NCBI GenBank assembly: GCA_964016885.1
Contig: OZ024741.1
Location: 241,366,001 to 241,430,000, forward strand
From: Eledone cirrhosa
Lineage: Eukaryota
Direction of reading: 5' to 3'
DNA length: 64,000 nt
Part shown: in pieces, positions 25,689 through 40,072 of the stretch
How the letters are laid out: the number at the start of each line of letters is the position of its first letter
How positions within the stretch are numbered: the first letter of the stretch is position 1
Program-made: the position numbers and the translations under genes
Notes under the pieces: model-generated
What the model saw: only the letters and a program-made list of their open reading frames with translations
Told to the model about the DNA's origin: nothing
Database searches by the model: none

Positions 25689-27585
25689 GAATGCCATGGT
25701 TGACGGAATGCCATGCTCGGCTCTGTAAGGTATAGTAATTTTTAACCGCTTTAACAATTGTAAATTGTTTAAAACTTGAACCAAATTGTAGATAAAAACA
25801 CCCTCCTCCTCGTAAGAGGGGTCTTTCTGCCCGTTATTTGGCCCTTCGGGGTTAAATAACCGCTTATTGGGGTTTTGTGCCCAATATTCATTTTAAACCG
25901 TAAAAAAAAACATGGCTACAAAAGAGAATTTTCACAAGTCACTCCCACTCTTTCCGTCTTCTTCTTCCTCAATCGTCATTACATCAGAGAGAAGATTGTC
26001 CCTCTCCCTCCCTTCTCTAAATGTGGTGTTGCCTCTTTCGCAAGCGACGCCATTAAAGAAAAAGAAAAATATAGTTTCTGGTAGCTTTCACCAAGAGAAC
26101 GTGCATACCGTGGAACATTTCTCCACGACGACGACAACGACGAAAAATGTGTGCGGTAAATATGGAAAGCAATTTCATTCGTCTGACGTCATGAAGAATA
26201 GCAGCAGCAGCAGCAGCAACAGTGACAAGGAAAACACTAGTAGCAGCCGCAACAACATCAGCAGCAGCATAAACAACAACAGCAGCAGCAACAACAGCAA
26301 CAACAACAGCAGCAGCAGCAACAACAACAACAACCACAGCAACAACAAAAGTAACAGCAGCTCTAACGACAACAACAACAACAAGAAAGAAAAACCAATC
26401 TCGTTTGCAGGTATCGCAAAGAACCTAGAAACCATCCTTATAACAAATGAGGCAGCCGAAAAATTTTTCGAAACCCAACAACACTGTATGGTCACGTACC
26501 GTACAGTAAGCACAAAATCACGTAGGGTTGAAAGACCCACAGAGGCTCAAATACAAAAAGCCTTAGGGTCTGTGTGGCAGTGGAAATCGCATATCACCCG
26601 AGGCAAGAAATATGCCACCGTGGATGTGCTTTTAGCCACACCCCAGGAGGCAAAGGCTCAATCCTTAGTGACCCTAAGGAGCGAGGAAATGGTGTTGGTG
26701 CCCTCCTACTGCGGGCAAAAAATTGTGAGGGTCAAACTGACCCACGTCTCCGCCGGGATGGCCCCTTCTTGGCTGGCCATGTCTGTCTTCGTCGGAATCA
26801 AGGACAAAACAACCGTACTGCAAGTAGAGAAAAAAGTACGAGAAGATTGGGTCGGCACCTCCATGTTAATTCAAACCAACCAGGAGTGCATCGAAGCTAT
26901 CCCGGATGTGATAGACTTCGATAACGGCACTCAACTTCCCATAAGTGTTGAGGGCAAACGCCCGAAATGCTTTCGCTGTGGGTCGAAGACTCACCTCAGG
27001 GCTTTCTGCAATGAGAAGACCCTGAGAAAGGAGAAAACCCCCTCCTTCCGAAACCAGCTCCACGGCTACCAGCAACAGGACAGGCAGCAAGGAGGAAGGA
27101 TAGGTCTATGGCACCCATACCCACGCCACGGAAATCAAGAACAGCAGCAGCAGTGGAAGTATTAACAACAACAACAGTAATACCAACTGCAGCTGCAACA
27201 GAGACTCCACTGCAAACATCACCAACAAGAACAAGTGAAAGAGTGGAGCTGGTACCCCTCCCCGACCACACAGAATCGGACATTTAAGATGGGTGAGAGA
27301 GGCAAGAATGACCCGAGTGCGTATGTGTCTGTAAATTAAAGGTGGAAAACTGGGAGAGGGCACTTGCCCTGGTGGTCAGGGTCACTGTGGCTTTTTAATG
27401 GGCTTTCTCCACGAATGTCCCTCGGAAGTCTCCCCCCTATTGGGGAATTTTTTCATTGTTCTATTATTACATCCTCTGTTTTTTGTTTTTTTACACGCAG
27501 AAATGCCCACTTGTACCGTCCTGTATTGTCCTGTACTGTTCTTAATGTCTACTTTGTGTAAACCCTTGTGGTTAATAAAGAAATC
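25689..27585 (+). mobile_element. L1/Tx1-like element retaining ORF1 and 3' end but lacking ORF2
   Basis: Structured 5' UTR, ORF1 with a CCHC knuckle, short RWVREARMTRV remnant, T-rich 3' UTR with AATAAA, and (ATT)n/atcatt on both sides. Confidence 0.7.
25912..27165 (+). CDS. ORF1/gag-like nucleic-acid-binding protein with a CCHC zinc knuckle
   Basis: 417 aa; VEGKRPKCFRCGSKTHLRAFC (Cx2Cx4Hx4C) after an RRM-like region; Asn/Ser microsatellite insert; probable -1 frameshift near 27035 extending to 27287. Confidence 0.7.
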   Translation: MATKENFHKSLPLFPSSSSSIVITSERRLSLSLPSLNVVLPLSQATPLKKKKNIVSGSFHQENVHTVEHFSTTTTTTKNVCGKYGKQFHSSDVMKNSSSSSSNSDKENTSSSRNNISSSINNNSSSNNSNNNSSSSNNNNNHSNNKSNSSSNDNNNNKKEKPISFAGIAKNLETILITNEAAEKFFETQQHCMVTYRTVSTKSRRVERPTEAQIQKALGSVWQWKSHITRGKKYATVDVLLATPQEAKAQSLVTLRSEEMVLVPSYCGQKIVRVKLTHVSAGMAPSWLAMSVFVGIKDKTTVLQVEKKVREDWVGTSMLIQTNQECIEAIPDVIDFDNGTQLPISVEGKRPKCFRCGSKTHLRAFCNEKTLRKEKTPSFRNQLHGYQQQDRQQGGRIGLWHPYPRHGNQEQQQQWKY

Positions 27586-27633
27586 ATTATTAATATTAGT
27601 AGAAGTAGTAGTAGTAGTAGTAGTGTTAGTAGC

Positions 27634-27725
<92 letters not shown>

Positions 27726-27928
27726 TAGGAGGAGGAGGATTTTATGTTTTATTATTTCAAAAACTAAAACTAAATAATCCTGAAATTTTGTTTCTTTCAG
27801 AGTTTTTTGAAAATTCATAAATTTTCAAAATAAACAAATAAATAAATGAATAATTTTTTTTCATACTTTAAATTTCTAAATTTTAATATTTTCAAATTTT
27901 ATTTTTCACTATTTAAATATATACATAT

Positions 27929-27972
<44 letters not shown>

Positions 27973-28056
27973 ATGTGTGTGTGAGTGTGTGTGTGTGTAT
28001 GTGTGTGTGTGTGTATGCTAGCATGGAAAATGGACGTTAAACGATGATGATGATGA

Positions 28057-28099
<43 letters not shown>

Positions 28100-28214
28100 A
28101 GAAATCAGCTTAAAAAAAACAAAAATAAAATAAATAAATAAACAACAACGAAAATGAAACCTTTTTTCCGAATTGGTAAAGAGAATGAATAAAGAAGGAA
28201 AGAAATTATCCAGA

Positions 28215-28222
28215 TAGGGAGG

Positions 28223-28253
<31 letters not shown>

Positions 28254-28402
28254 AGAGACAGAGAGAGAGTGAGTGGTTGTAAGAGATAGAGAGAGAGAAA
28301 GAGAGTGAGATAGAAAGAGAGAGAGAAAGAGAGAGTGAGAGAGTGATTGTAAGACATAAAGAGTGAGAGATAGATTGTAAGAGAAAGAGATTGTGTGTGT
28401 GT

Positions 28403-28455
<53 letters not shown>

Positions 28456-28544
28456 AGTGAGGTAGAGATTGCAAGAGAGGGAGAGATTGTAAAACATAAA
28501 GAGTGAGAGATAGATTGTAAGAGAAAGAGATTGTGTGTGAGTGA

Positions 28545-28579
<35 letters not shown>

Positions 28580-28680
28580 AGTGAGGGAGAGATTGCAAGA
28601 GAGAGAGAGATTGTAAGGCTGAATGAGGGTGAGAGAGAAATTGTATGATAGAAACAGAGAGAGATATAGAGAGTGAGAGA
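28215..28680. repeat. Composite (GA)n/(GT)n minisatellite with gattgtaaga landmarks
   Basis: Repeated gagattgtaaga modules; 28345-28495 is duplicated at about 28495-28620. Confidence 0.8.
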
Positions 28681-29030
28681 GCAAGGTGGAGAGTAAGGCG
28701 GGCAATAAGGAGGAGAACCAGGAGATAATAACGAGAATTAGAGATGATGAGATTTTTTGAAACTTTTCGTAACATTCTTTTTTGTTTTTATATATTTATA
28801 TATATTGATGTTATTATTCCTTCATTTTTCTTCCTCTTTGACTGAACGATAAAAATAGATTTTTGTTCACATCAAACTGGATTTTTAAAACTGAAAACTT
28901 TTCATTTCTCACAAAAATGCTCACAAAATATGTCAGGTTTCACTAAAGAGAATTTTGTAGTTTGGTGGTGGTGGTGAGGGGGGGGGGGGGGGTGAAATAA
29001 CAGAAAAAATAGAAGAGTGAAAAGTAGGGA

Positions 29031-29084
<54 letters not shown>

Positions 29085-29706
29085 CCTGGTGCCAAGATTT
29101 ACACACGTACATCAATTTAGGTATGTATGTCAATTTATATATATATATATATATGCATACATATGTATAAGTGCATATATATATATATGTGCATATATTA
29201 TATATATATATGATCTAGATATATATTTTTATATATATGATATATATACACATATATATATATATATGGTATATATATGATATATATACATATATATATA
29301 TATATGATATATATACACATATATATATATGATATATATTCATATATATATCATATATATATACATATATATGATATATATATATACATATATATTTATG
29401 TATATATATATATGAATCTGAATGTATATATATACATCTCTATTTAACCTTTCAATTTTTTTTACTTCCATTCCCCACCACATCTCTTCATTACCCTCTG
29501 CTCTCCTTTTCCTCCTCCTTCCTCCCCATGCCCATCTTTGAAAAGAACCAGTGCATTATGGCTGCCGTCTGAAATGTCTGTGGTAGAGGACACAGGAACA
29601 AATAAGCAACTTGGATTTAATGCATGGAGGTGTGTGGGTGGTAGGTGGTTAGGGCGCTGGTGTTGAACTGTTCTTTACATTTTTATATATGTGTGTGCAT
29701 ATATAA

Positions 29707-29748
<42 letters not shown>

Positions 29749-29790
29749 TTATATATACACACATATATAAGTATATATAAGTATATATAA

Positions 29791-29851
<61 letters not shown>

Positions 29852-29895
29852 ATATATATATACTTATATATACACACATATATAAGTATATATAA

Positions 29896-29934
<39 letters not shown>

Positions 29935-30070
29935 CTTATGTAGAATATATATAAAATATATATATACATATATATATACATATATATAAATATATATATA
30001 TATAATATGTATATTATATATATATTTTATATATATTATATATATAAATATATATATATATATGTATATA

Positions 30071-30222
30071 AGTTATTCCGGGTTGAATCGGAGGTAACCA
30101 CAGTAAGTAAGGTACTCAATACATAGCAGAGTATAAAGTTTTAATATAGAAGAGCTTCTACAGGACTAGAACTGTTTCATTCGTGAGGAAACAGTTCTAG
30201 TCCTGTAGAAGCTCTTCTATAT
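30071..30222 (-). mobile_element. Short element, family A, with a perfect 35-bp fold-back
   Basis: Arms 30144-30178 and 30188-30222, loop attcgtgag; in (TA)n. Confidence 0.85.
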
Positions 30223-30234
30223 ATATATATAAAT

Positions 30235-30316
<82 letters not shown>

Positions 30317-30428
30317 TTATTTATATATATAATATATATAAAATATATAAAATATATATATATATTTATATATATATATAATATATATAAAATATATATA
30401 TATATTTATATATATAAAATATATATAT

Positions 30429-30472
<44 letters not shown>

Positions 30473-30500
30473 TTATATATATATATATAATATATATATA

Positions 30501-30618
<118 letters not shown>

Positions 30619-30720
30619 TGTCTACCCAAAGAATAATATATAAGTGATATAAGTGTATAGATATATATATAGAAAAAGGTATGTCAGTATATATGTATGT
30701 ATATCAGAATATATATATTT

Positions 30721-30794
<74 letters not shown>

Positions 30795-30917
30795 TTTTTT
30801 TCTGGTAGGGCGGCTCTTCAGCCATTGAAACTAGTCATCAAGGAGGTTAATTGATGAGTTCACATACTTTCTGTGTTCATTATGGTTATATACTTTTGTT
30901 ACACACACATATATACA

Positions 30918-30956
<39 letters not shown>

Positions 30957-31094
30957 GAATATATATATTATATATATATAAACATATATATATACATATA
31001 TATATATGTATACAAATATATGTATATATAAATATATATATATATACATATATATATATAAATATATATATATATACATATACATGTACACATT

Positions 31095-31168
<74 letters not shown>

Positions 31169-31749
31169 CATGTACACATGTAGATACTTAATTTCTTTTC
31201 AGTATATATTTTCTAATAGTTCTTGCTTGAATAGTTTTTCACCCTTTCCCTACTTCTACTTCTTTTTCTTCTTCTTCTTCTTCTTCTTCTTCTTCTTCTT
31301 CTTCTTCTTCATCATATCGTTCCATTAGATACCATCTTGAATGCTATTGGAATGGTGAAGAAGACAGTAAAGAGGAAAAAAAAAAAAAAACTCCTGAGAA
31401 ATTGGATGGTTGGAGACGGAGGGAGAAAGGTGTGTAGTGCCATGTAGTGTAGTAATGAATAGCTGCAAAGTAGTGTAGTGTTGTTGTATAATGCATGGTG
31501 TGTCTACTATTTCTCTGTGTACGATGCATGACCTATGATGTGTGTGACGTGTGAAGAAAGGTGAGAAAAGCTAGGTGTCGGTGCTGGTGATGGTAATGGT
31601 GGCTGTGGATTGAAGGTTGGGTCTCTATGCTCGGTGCTTAGATTTCTGGTTTCCAACAAATATTCTTCAGCTATCAGATCCCATTAAATACACCAAAGAA
31701 TAAAAGTGTCTCACTCCATTTATGTATGCGTATATGTATATATATATCT

Positions 31750-31823
<74 letters not shown>

Positions 31824-31856
31824 ACATGCGTGTATATATATATGTATATATATATG

Positions 31857-31893
<37 letters not shown>

Positions 31894-31959
31894 GCATTAT
31901 ACTTACATACATCTATATATATATATGCATGCATATATATATATATATATATGCATGCA

Positions 31960-32017
<58 letters not shown>

Positions 32018-32433
32018 TGCATATATATATATATATATATGCATGCATATATATATATATATAGATGTATGTAAGTATAATGCACACATATCATAGTTAT
32101 ATAACATATATGGCATATGTATATGTGTAATATTTATGTATGAATGTACATATATAAATCATGCATGTGTATATTCGTATAAATATGGGTAAATACATCT
32201 ACTTACATATTTATGAGATATATACATAAGTTCACAGACATACATACGCACACACATATATCTATCTGTGTATATCTACACATATACACACACACACACA
32301 CGGACATATACACATACACATCTAGATATTTCAAAAGTTTATCTATATCACCATTTCTGTAAGTATATCTATCATCAGACGCACACACAAAAGCAAAATT
32401 AATGTCATACCCCCCCCCCTTCTCGCTCTCTAG

Positions 32434-32591
<158 letters not shown>

Positions 32592-33042
32592 TATATATGT
32601 ACATATATATGTACATATATATATATATTTATATATGTATATATATATATGTACATATATATATATATTTATATATGTATATATGTATATATATATATGT
32701 ATATATATGTATATATATATATATATAACTCTATTTTGAACTGATGCATATCTATGAGCACAGAATATATTTTAATATAGAGCAGAGATATGACTCTATA
32801 CACACTGAACTGTATATTCCTGTCTAGAGTGTATATATATATATATGTCAGTGTGTATATATATGTCAGTGTGTATGTGCACCTGTGTGAGTAGAAAGAG
32901 GTAGAGAGAGCATGAGATATGGCTGCAGATGTCTCTATTAAGAGAGCATTATGGTGTAAAAGATGTAAGATGTGTATCTTCAGAGGTGCTATATATATAT
33001 TATATGGGAAGCAAGTACATTATATATATGTATGTACATGTT

Positions 33043-33074
<32 letters not shown>

Positions 33075-33087
33075 TATGTATGTACAT

Positions 33088-33161
<74 letters not shown>

Positions 33162-33209
33162 GTATGTACATGTTTATATATATATATATATACATATATA
33201 TATACATAT

Positions 33210-33333
<124 letters not shown>

Positions 33334-34119
33334 CATCATCATCATCATCATTTTGCGTCCGCTTTTCCTTGCTTGCAAGGGGGAGGGAAGACAGGTTAGG
33401 GTGTATATGTATATGTATATGTAAATATATTTATATGTATATGTATATATATGTATATATGTATATCTATATATATATATATATATGTGTGTGTATGTGT
33501 ATATATTTACACACGCATATATATATATATATGTATATATATTTGTATATGTAGGCATTTCTCATTCAAAGTTACTGTCCTCCCAGACAGATTGAAGGGA
33601 AGCATATCTTGCTAGTATATTCTACTTTTGACATAATTTCTATAGCTCATTGCTCTTCCTAATACTAACCACTTTACATATTGTACTGGGTGCATTAGGG
33701 TACTATCTCTAGAGAGTTTGTCATGTCCTTAACATCACTAAAGACTACTCTACATTTTTTTATTCATTCACCAACCACTTTATACAGGTTCTAAGGGCAT
33801 TTTATCCTGATGCTAGCTCTAGGGATGTTGCTTTGCCTCCAATATGGCTATAGAGTCCTCTTTAATTTACACTTTATTTCAAGACAAATGTTTTCATAGA
33901 AGGGAGTAAATAAAGAATTTGAAGAGAGAATGATGACTGAAAAGTGTGTCATGTGAGAAATAATGTATTAAAGCAAAAGGAAATAATGGAAGATTGACAA
34001 TGGTTGTTGGTAAGGATATTGAATAAGTAGCAACATGATTTGTAGCAGTAAACATTGGTGCTTGTAAGAGAGAATGAGTGATGGATAGAAAGAAAGATGG
34101 CTCTAGTAAGTGAGATTTC

Positions 34120-34440
34120 AACATCATCATCCTTTTTATATCCATTTATCCATGCTTGCATGGGTTGGACGAGTCTTTTTCAACACAGTTTCCTTTCACT
34201 TTTTCTATTTCATTGTCATCTCCTCTGTGAGATTCAACCTTTCAGGATCTGTTTTCCCCACTTCTACCCAAGTGTTTCTTGGCCTTCCTCTACTGTTGCT
34301 TCCTTCCACTCAGAGCATCTTGCACTTTTTCACCCAACAAATATCCTCCATACCAGCACCATCTTTTCTCTTGCACACTACATTTGACTCTTCTTATACT
34401 CAGTTTCAAACTCAGTCTCAGACAACAGTTCACCAAGCTG
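34120..34440 (-). mobile_element. Old RTE remnant
   Basis: catcatcat tail with ccatgcttgcatgggttggacg; decayed GRPRNTW-like coding. Confidence 0.6.
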
Positions 34441-35374
34441 TCAGTAATAGGTACCAGATCTATGTAGTTCTTTCATCCATGCTTTGCCATTCATGCATAT
34501 TAGCATCACATATCCATTAAAGCATTATTATTTCAATGGAGAAAGACTTGTGTTAGATAGAGGTATGGACAGATTCAATGCCATTCCTTGGTACAAAGAT
34601 CTTATGGTGGCAGATATATACAGAGAGGTGGAAGATTAGTTGAAGTGATAGTCAGCTGAACATTTATGTATTAGGGGGTGAAATCATGGTCTGTTGTTTG
34701 TTTGTTTATTTGTTGGTTTGTGTTCTGTCAAGGCCGTGTTGTTATAGTATGTTTATTTGTTTATTATTTTGTTTATTTATTTGATTAATTTATTTTTATG
34801 ATTATCATTATTATCATTTTTTGTTTTGATAGCTGGATCAAATTAGCCACTAGGCCTCGCTCCTTTCCAGTGTATTAATGAAGGATAGTTCCAGTTGTTT
34901 TATTAAAAGGGCGTCCTTGAGCCACTAAGCTACAACTCAGTCATCTACAACACTTACAAGTTTATTACTACCTTCTCGCTGACCTCTGCTGGCCTCTGCT
35001 GACCTTCAGACATGACTGACTCCCACACATGTTAAGTACACCTGCAAAACTCTGTTACTCATAACTTCCACACGAGCCACACTGAAGCCTAAAAAGATCC
35101 TCTCTGATTTTCTTCAAGGAATCTCTTGATAATGGATAATGCATCTGAAATACATTGGAACTAATACATTTTGCCAAGGTAACATAATCCCTGATTCATA
35201 TTTTTCTTCCACTTCTTTCCTTCTTTGTACTCAACCTCACTTCTCTGATTCCTTATCTAGTTTTGTTACCTCAATATTTACAACCCAATCTGCACTGTAC
35301 CAGCTTCCAAGACATACACACTTTATATATTTCATAAAGCTACAAATAAACTATGACACTCACTTATATATCAT

Positions 35375-35800
35375 CTGTCTCATAGTTTGGTGGACCGTTG
35401 AGGCACCACAGATGACCTGGCAATCAGCTCCTTCCATTCCTCTTGCTTCTTCACCCTCCTCATGGTTGCACCCAGCATCATGCCTGTCCATTCCAGGATG
35501 TTGTCTTCCCATCTCTTTTTCTGTCTGCCTCTCTTCTTCCCTCCTTGTACTGTTTCCTGTAGAACAGTCTTGACAAGCCCTGAAGATCTTGTCCCATGCT
35601 CATACCATCTCAATTTGCATTGTTTTTTCAATGGTCAGTAGGTCTTCGTAGGGTCCAATGGCTTGCCAAATTCCGTTTCTCACCTCATTATTGGAGATGT
35701 GGTCCCTGTAGGCGATGCCTGTATCATTCTTTCCAGATCTGCTTTTATTGTCCAAGACTCACAAGCACACAAGAACATGAACATGGCCAGGGAGTGCATT
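35375..35800 (-). mobile_element. RTE (BovB-like) 3' coding fragment
   Basis: KLRWYEH..RSSGLVKTVLQ..VQGGKKRGRQKKRWEDNI. Confidence 0.8.
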
Positions 35801-36144
35801 AGATATATATAAATAAAATATTCAGGTAAATAAATTTTACCATTAATGTTTCAAACTCAATCTAATTCTACAATCAATTTAGTATTAGTATTAGTATTAC
35901 AATGGACTTTGCTTATTTTATCATTTATAGCATCTCTGGTGACACTGAAATGAATAGAGTTAATATCTAATTCCTTGACTCAATGTTCAGCTTTAATGGA
36001 TATATCTATATGCAAATAATGAAGCTTGGGTGAGGTTTTTCCACTATTTTATTATTGCATTTATTTTAATTTTGGCTTATTTTTATAGAAACATCTGTCA
36101 GAAGATTAAATGAATTAGTTTTTTATCTTTTCATTTTTCTACAT

Positions 36145-36176
<32 letters not shown>

Positions 36177-36177
36177 A

Positions 36178-36296
36178 GTACTGGATTCAATCGGGGTAAC
36201 CACAGTAAGTAAGGTACTCAATACATTAGTAGAGCTCTCCTGATGATTTCTTTCGAATGAAACATTTTTAGTCTTGTAGAAGCCATTTCTATATTA
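36178..36296 (+). mobile_element. Family A element: inverted tail plus sense hammerhead
   Basis: Antisense tail 36178-36226, then CUGAUGA(36240)-UUUCUUUCGAAU-GAAA-CA..UG-UA-GAAGC. Confidence 0.75.
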
Positions 36297-36304
36297 CATT
36301 TGTA

Positions 36305-36523
36305 ATGTGGCCATGTAGGAAACATTGTAAAAATGCTCCCAGTTCACACTGTAAATGTGGCTGGCATTACAAAGGGCATCCAGCTGTAGAAAACCTGCCA
36401 GATACAGTTCTATATGAGCGAGACACGGTCACCCGACCAATCTTGCCTCAAGTGGGTCAAACCCATCCAACCCATGCTAGCGTGGAAGATGGACATTAAA
36501 CAATGATGATGATGATGATGATG
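36305..36523 (+). mobile_element. RTE 3' UTR fragment
   Basis: gggcatccagctgtagaaaacc...cccatgctagcgtggaa..(GAT)n. Confidence 0.85.
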
Positions 36524-36682
36524 ATACACACACATTGGTTTATGAAGCTAGCCAAAGAGGATTTGTGCAGCCTGGGCTGTTACTTATTCACTCAATAATA
36601 TAAGATTTACACATAAGAAATACAAACTTATAACTCAGAGTGCACACAGTTTGTTATTAGTAAGGAAACATCAGCACATACG

Positions 36683-36866
36683 TAATAATTGTTTCTACTT
36701 TTGGCACAAGGCCAGCAATTACCCAGTACATTACTGGTACTTTATTTTATCGACCCCGTAAGGATGAAAGGCAAAGTTAACCTCGGCGGGATTTGAACTC
36801 AGAATGGCAAGGGGCGTAACTCTATGCGTCAAAGCATAGTGTCCAACCCTCTACCGATACTGCCAA
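36683..36866 (-). mobile_element. tRNA-derived SINE
   Basis: Near-full copy of 12571-12760; flanks ac(g/a)taataat. Confidence 0.88.
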
Positions 36867-37482
36867 CATAATAATAACTGTATATCATATAAAACCTGGA
36901 CTATTGATAGTTCCTGTACTACAATCTGATACTAACAGTTACAAATACAATTGTTATTCACAGCAATTATGTAATATCTGCAGATATTACACAACTTGGT
37001 GCTGTAGTCCATCCTCATTAGGTGATTGCCCACCTCAAATGGAAAAGCTTGTTTATAATGACACATCTAAGTCCAGTCGAATATGTGTGTATGTGTTTGT
37101 ATGGTAAATGACCAATAAGTCATTTTTAAAAGCTGGTATAATACAGTAGAAAATACGAAGGGCAAATGATGGTAAATGAAACTAAACAAAACTAAGTAAA
37201 TTAATGTTTTACTCAGTGTATCATGGCATGATATTTCAGGGTTAATACCCTCTTTTTAGATGTGGGGCTGAAACAGTCTTAGATAAAAGAAATGAAGGAT
37301 TTTACTTTGTTTCTGCAATTGGTCGTATGTGTTGGAAAAATGTATGTGCATATATATGAAATTCTTAGACGTAAAAATTCCAGCTTGAGTCAATTACTAT
37401 AAACAATAGTTTAGAAAGAGTAAACACCCCTAGTAATAGAAAAAAATGTGGTCAGTAGCATGCAGCTACTTTTTTTCCATCT

Positions 37483-37990
37483 CTAGGCATAGCCTCGCCT
37501 AATCCCATCCTCATATCTGAGGATCATGGGGTCATGGACCAGCACTCGCCATCTTTCCCTGTCTCTTGCCATTACTGTACATTCCACCAAGCTCCTTCCT
37601 GCCCATTCCTTAATCTCATCTGGCCATCTTCTTTTCTGCTGTCCCCTGGCCCTTTTCCCCAGTATTCGTCCCTGAAGGATGTGGGTAGTCAAATTTTGGG
37701 CCCTGATGACATGACCAAAATACGGAAGTTTCCTTTTCCTTGCTGTTTCAACCAACTGTCGATTGGCACCAATCTCTTCCAGAACAGATTCATTTGTTCT
37801 GTGAGCTGTCCAGCTAATTTTAAGTGCACGCCTATAGCATGATATTTCCAATGAACTCAGTTGTTTCAAGTCAAATGCCTTTAAAGTCCATGACTCACAA
37901 CCATAGAGAGCTACCAATCACACTAATGTTTATAGCAATTGACTGTATTTGGAATTCCTACATCTTTCAAGAATTTCAAACCTAGCTAAA
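37483..37990 (-). mobile_element. RTE 3' coding fragment
   Basis: ALYGCESW, LKISW..H.TNE.VL, KLPYFGHV, GKRARGQQKRRW. Confidence 0.85.
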
Positions 37991-38244
37991 TGCTTTGATA
38001 CATATTTACAACATTGTATATATATACATATATGTGCATGTGAATGTGTGTATGTGTGATTTTAATTTTAATTCCCCAGGTCTCTGTTCTTCCTCATTAG
38101 TCTCACTCCCCCTCTCACACTCATATCACTCAGCACCTACCATTACCTGCATCCTTTCATCATTTTCTCTTTCTTTTTCTTTCTATATCCTTGAACCTGT
38201 TGTCATAAACAGAGACAACATAGAGTAGGAAGTAACCTTTAGCC

Positions 38245-38522
38245 TTGTTGGGCTTGAGGTAGCCTCACTCTTGCTGGTGCCGTGATAAAATGTGCTCAGT
38301 ACACTCTGTAATGTGTTTGGGTTTTAGGAGGGTCATCCAGCTCTAAAAGCTATGCCAAAAACTGGAATGTATATGCAAGACATAGTTCTCATTTCCTTCA
38401 TTTATCTAGAAAGGAAGTAACTCTGAACAAGAACTGACTTGATATGGATTATGACAACTTGTACAACCCATGCCTACATGGAAAATATGTAAAATGATGA
38501 TGATGATAGTGATGATAATGAT
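38245..38522 (+). mobile_element. RTE-tail SINE or 3' UTR remnant
   Basis: ggtgccgtgataaaatgtgctcagtacactctgtaa..ggtcatccagct..acccatgcctacatggaaaa..(GAT)n. Confidence 0.65.
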
Positions 38523-39026
38523 GACACACATTCTCACAAACACTCATACCTAAACACACACACAAGATTATACCACATTCACCTACATAGACACATACAT
38601 ACACACACTAACAGACTTACTGACACACACACACACCAACATACGTATGTATACTTTCCCATCTACAACAGATGCAAATGCACTCCCATCATCATAAACA
38701 CACATACACACAAACATCAACACACACAACAGGCCTACATAACTTATCTTATACATCTATATTTCCACCACAAAGTCTGCAAACACCACCACCACCACCA
38801 CCACCCACACTGATGTTGCAGCCACCACCACCGCCACCAACATATTACTGTAGTTGTATAAAAGATAAAGATCTGAAGGTGAATTTTACATCAAAGATGA
38901 CCAGATCCAATCTTGTTTTAGCCACACACACACACTCTCTCTCTCTGAACAAGTTACATGTGATCCAGCCTCTGATCACTGGCACCCACACATATGTATA
39001 GAGCATTCATATATGTACACAAATTA

Positions 39027-39078
<52 letters not shown>

Positions 39079-39338
39079 CATATATATATATATGTGTGTG
39101 TGTAAAATATGTATAAAATATGTTCACACAACTTTGTTCCCCCATGCCTCTGGCTGGAGTATAATTACATCTTACAACCACCCAGATACACTATTCAAAT
39201 ACCTTTCAGCTTTCTCTGAACAAACTTTATAGATCTATATCTAAGGGTGTACATGTATATGGACATACCTATATATATATACATACATATATATATATAT
39301 TTATATGGAGTGGGAGATAAAGAGATATACTGATAGAA

Positions 39339-39473
<135 letters not shown>

Positions 39474-40041
39474 TATGCATATATGTTCACTTCAAAGCTT
39501 AAATATATGCCTGTATACCTCAGAAAATTTACACATGTAGTACTTGGCATAAACTTACACTCTACACAAATATACACAAACATTAAACAAGTGAAATATC
39601 AAATAGATCATATAAGCTATGGGCTATATATATATATATATACACTGGAGTGTGTATATATATAGAGAGAGATGGATAGATAGATATTCAGTTATATATC
39701 TGATACAAGATGCATAAACATACGTAGGAGTTTTCATGTAAACCTACCATTACACACACACATATATACATTTGTGTAGATATGTGTGTAGACAGAGAAG
39801 TATTTGTGTGTAGATGTGTATATACATGATGGCATCAATATATATAGGCAAACCAGTGTAGTCACCACAGTCATCATGAACGTGTGAGTGTGTGAGTGGG
39901 TATATACATACACACATACATACATACGTGTATAGATACATACACATACCTACATACACACACACGTATATATATATATATATACACGTGTATATATATA
40001 TATATATATATATACACGTGTATATATATATATATACACAC

Positions 40042-40072
<31 letters not shown>

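Noticed and set aside
27031-27045. Programmed -1 frameshift in ORF1
   Set aside because: No canonical slippery heptamer; a simple indel in this copy is more parsimonious.
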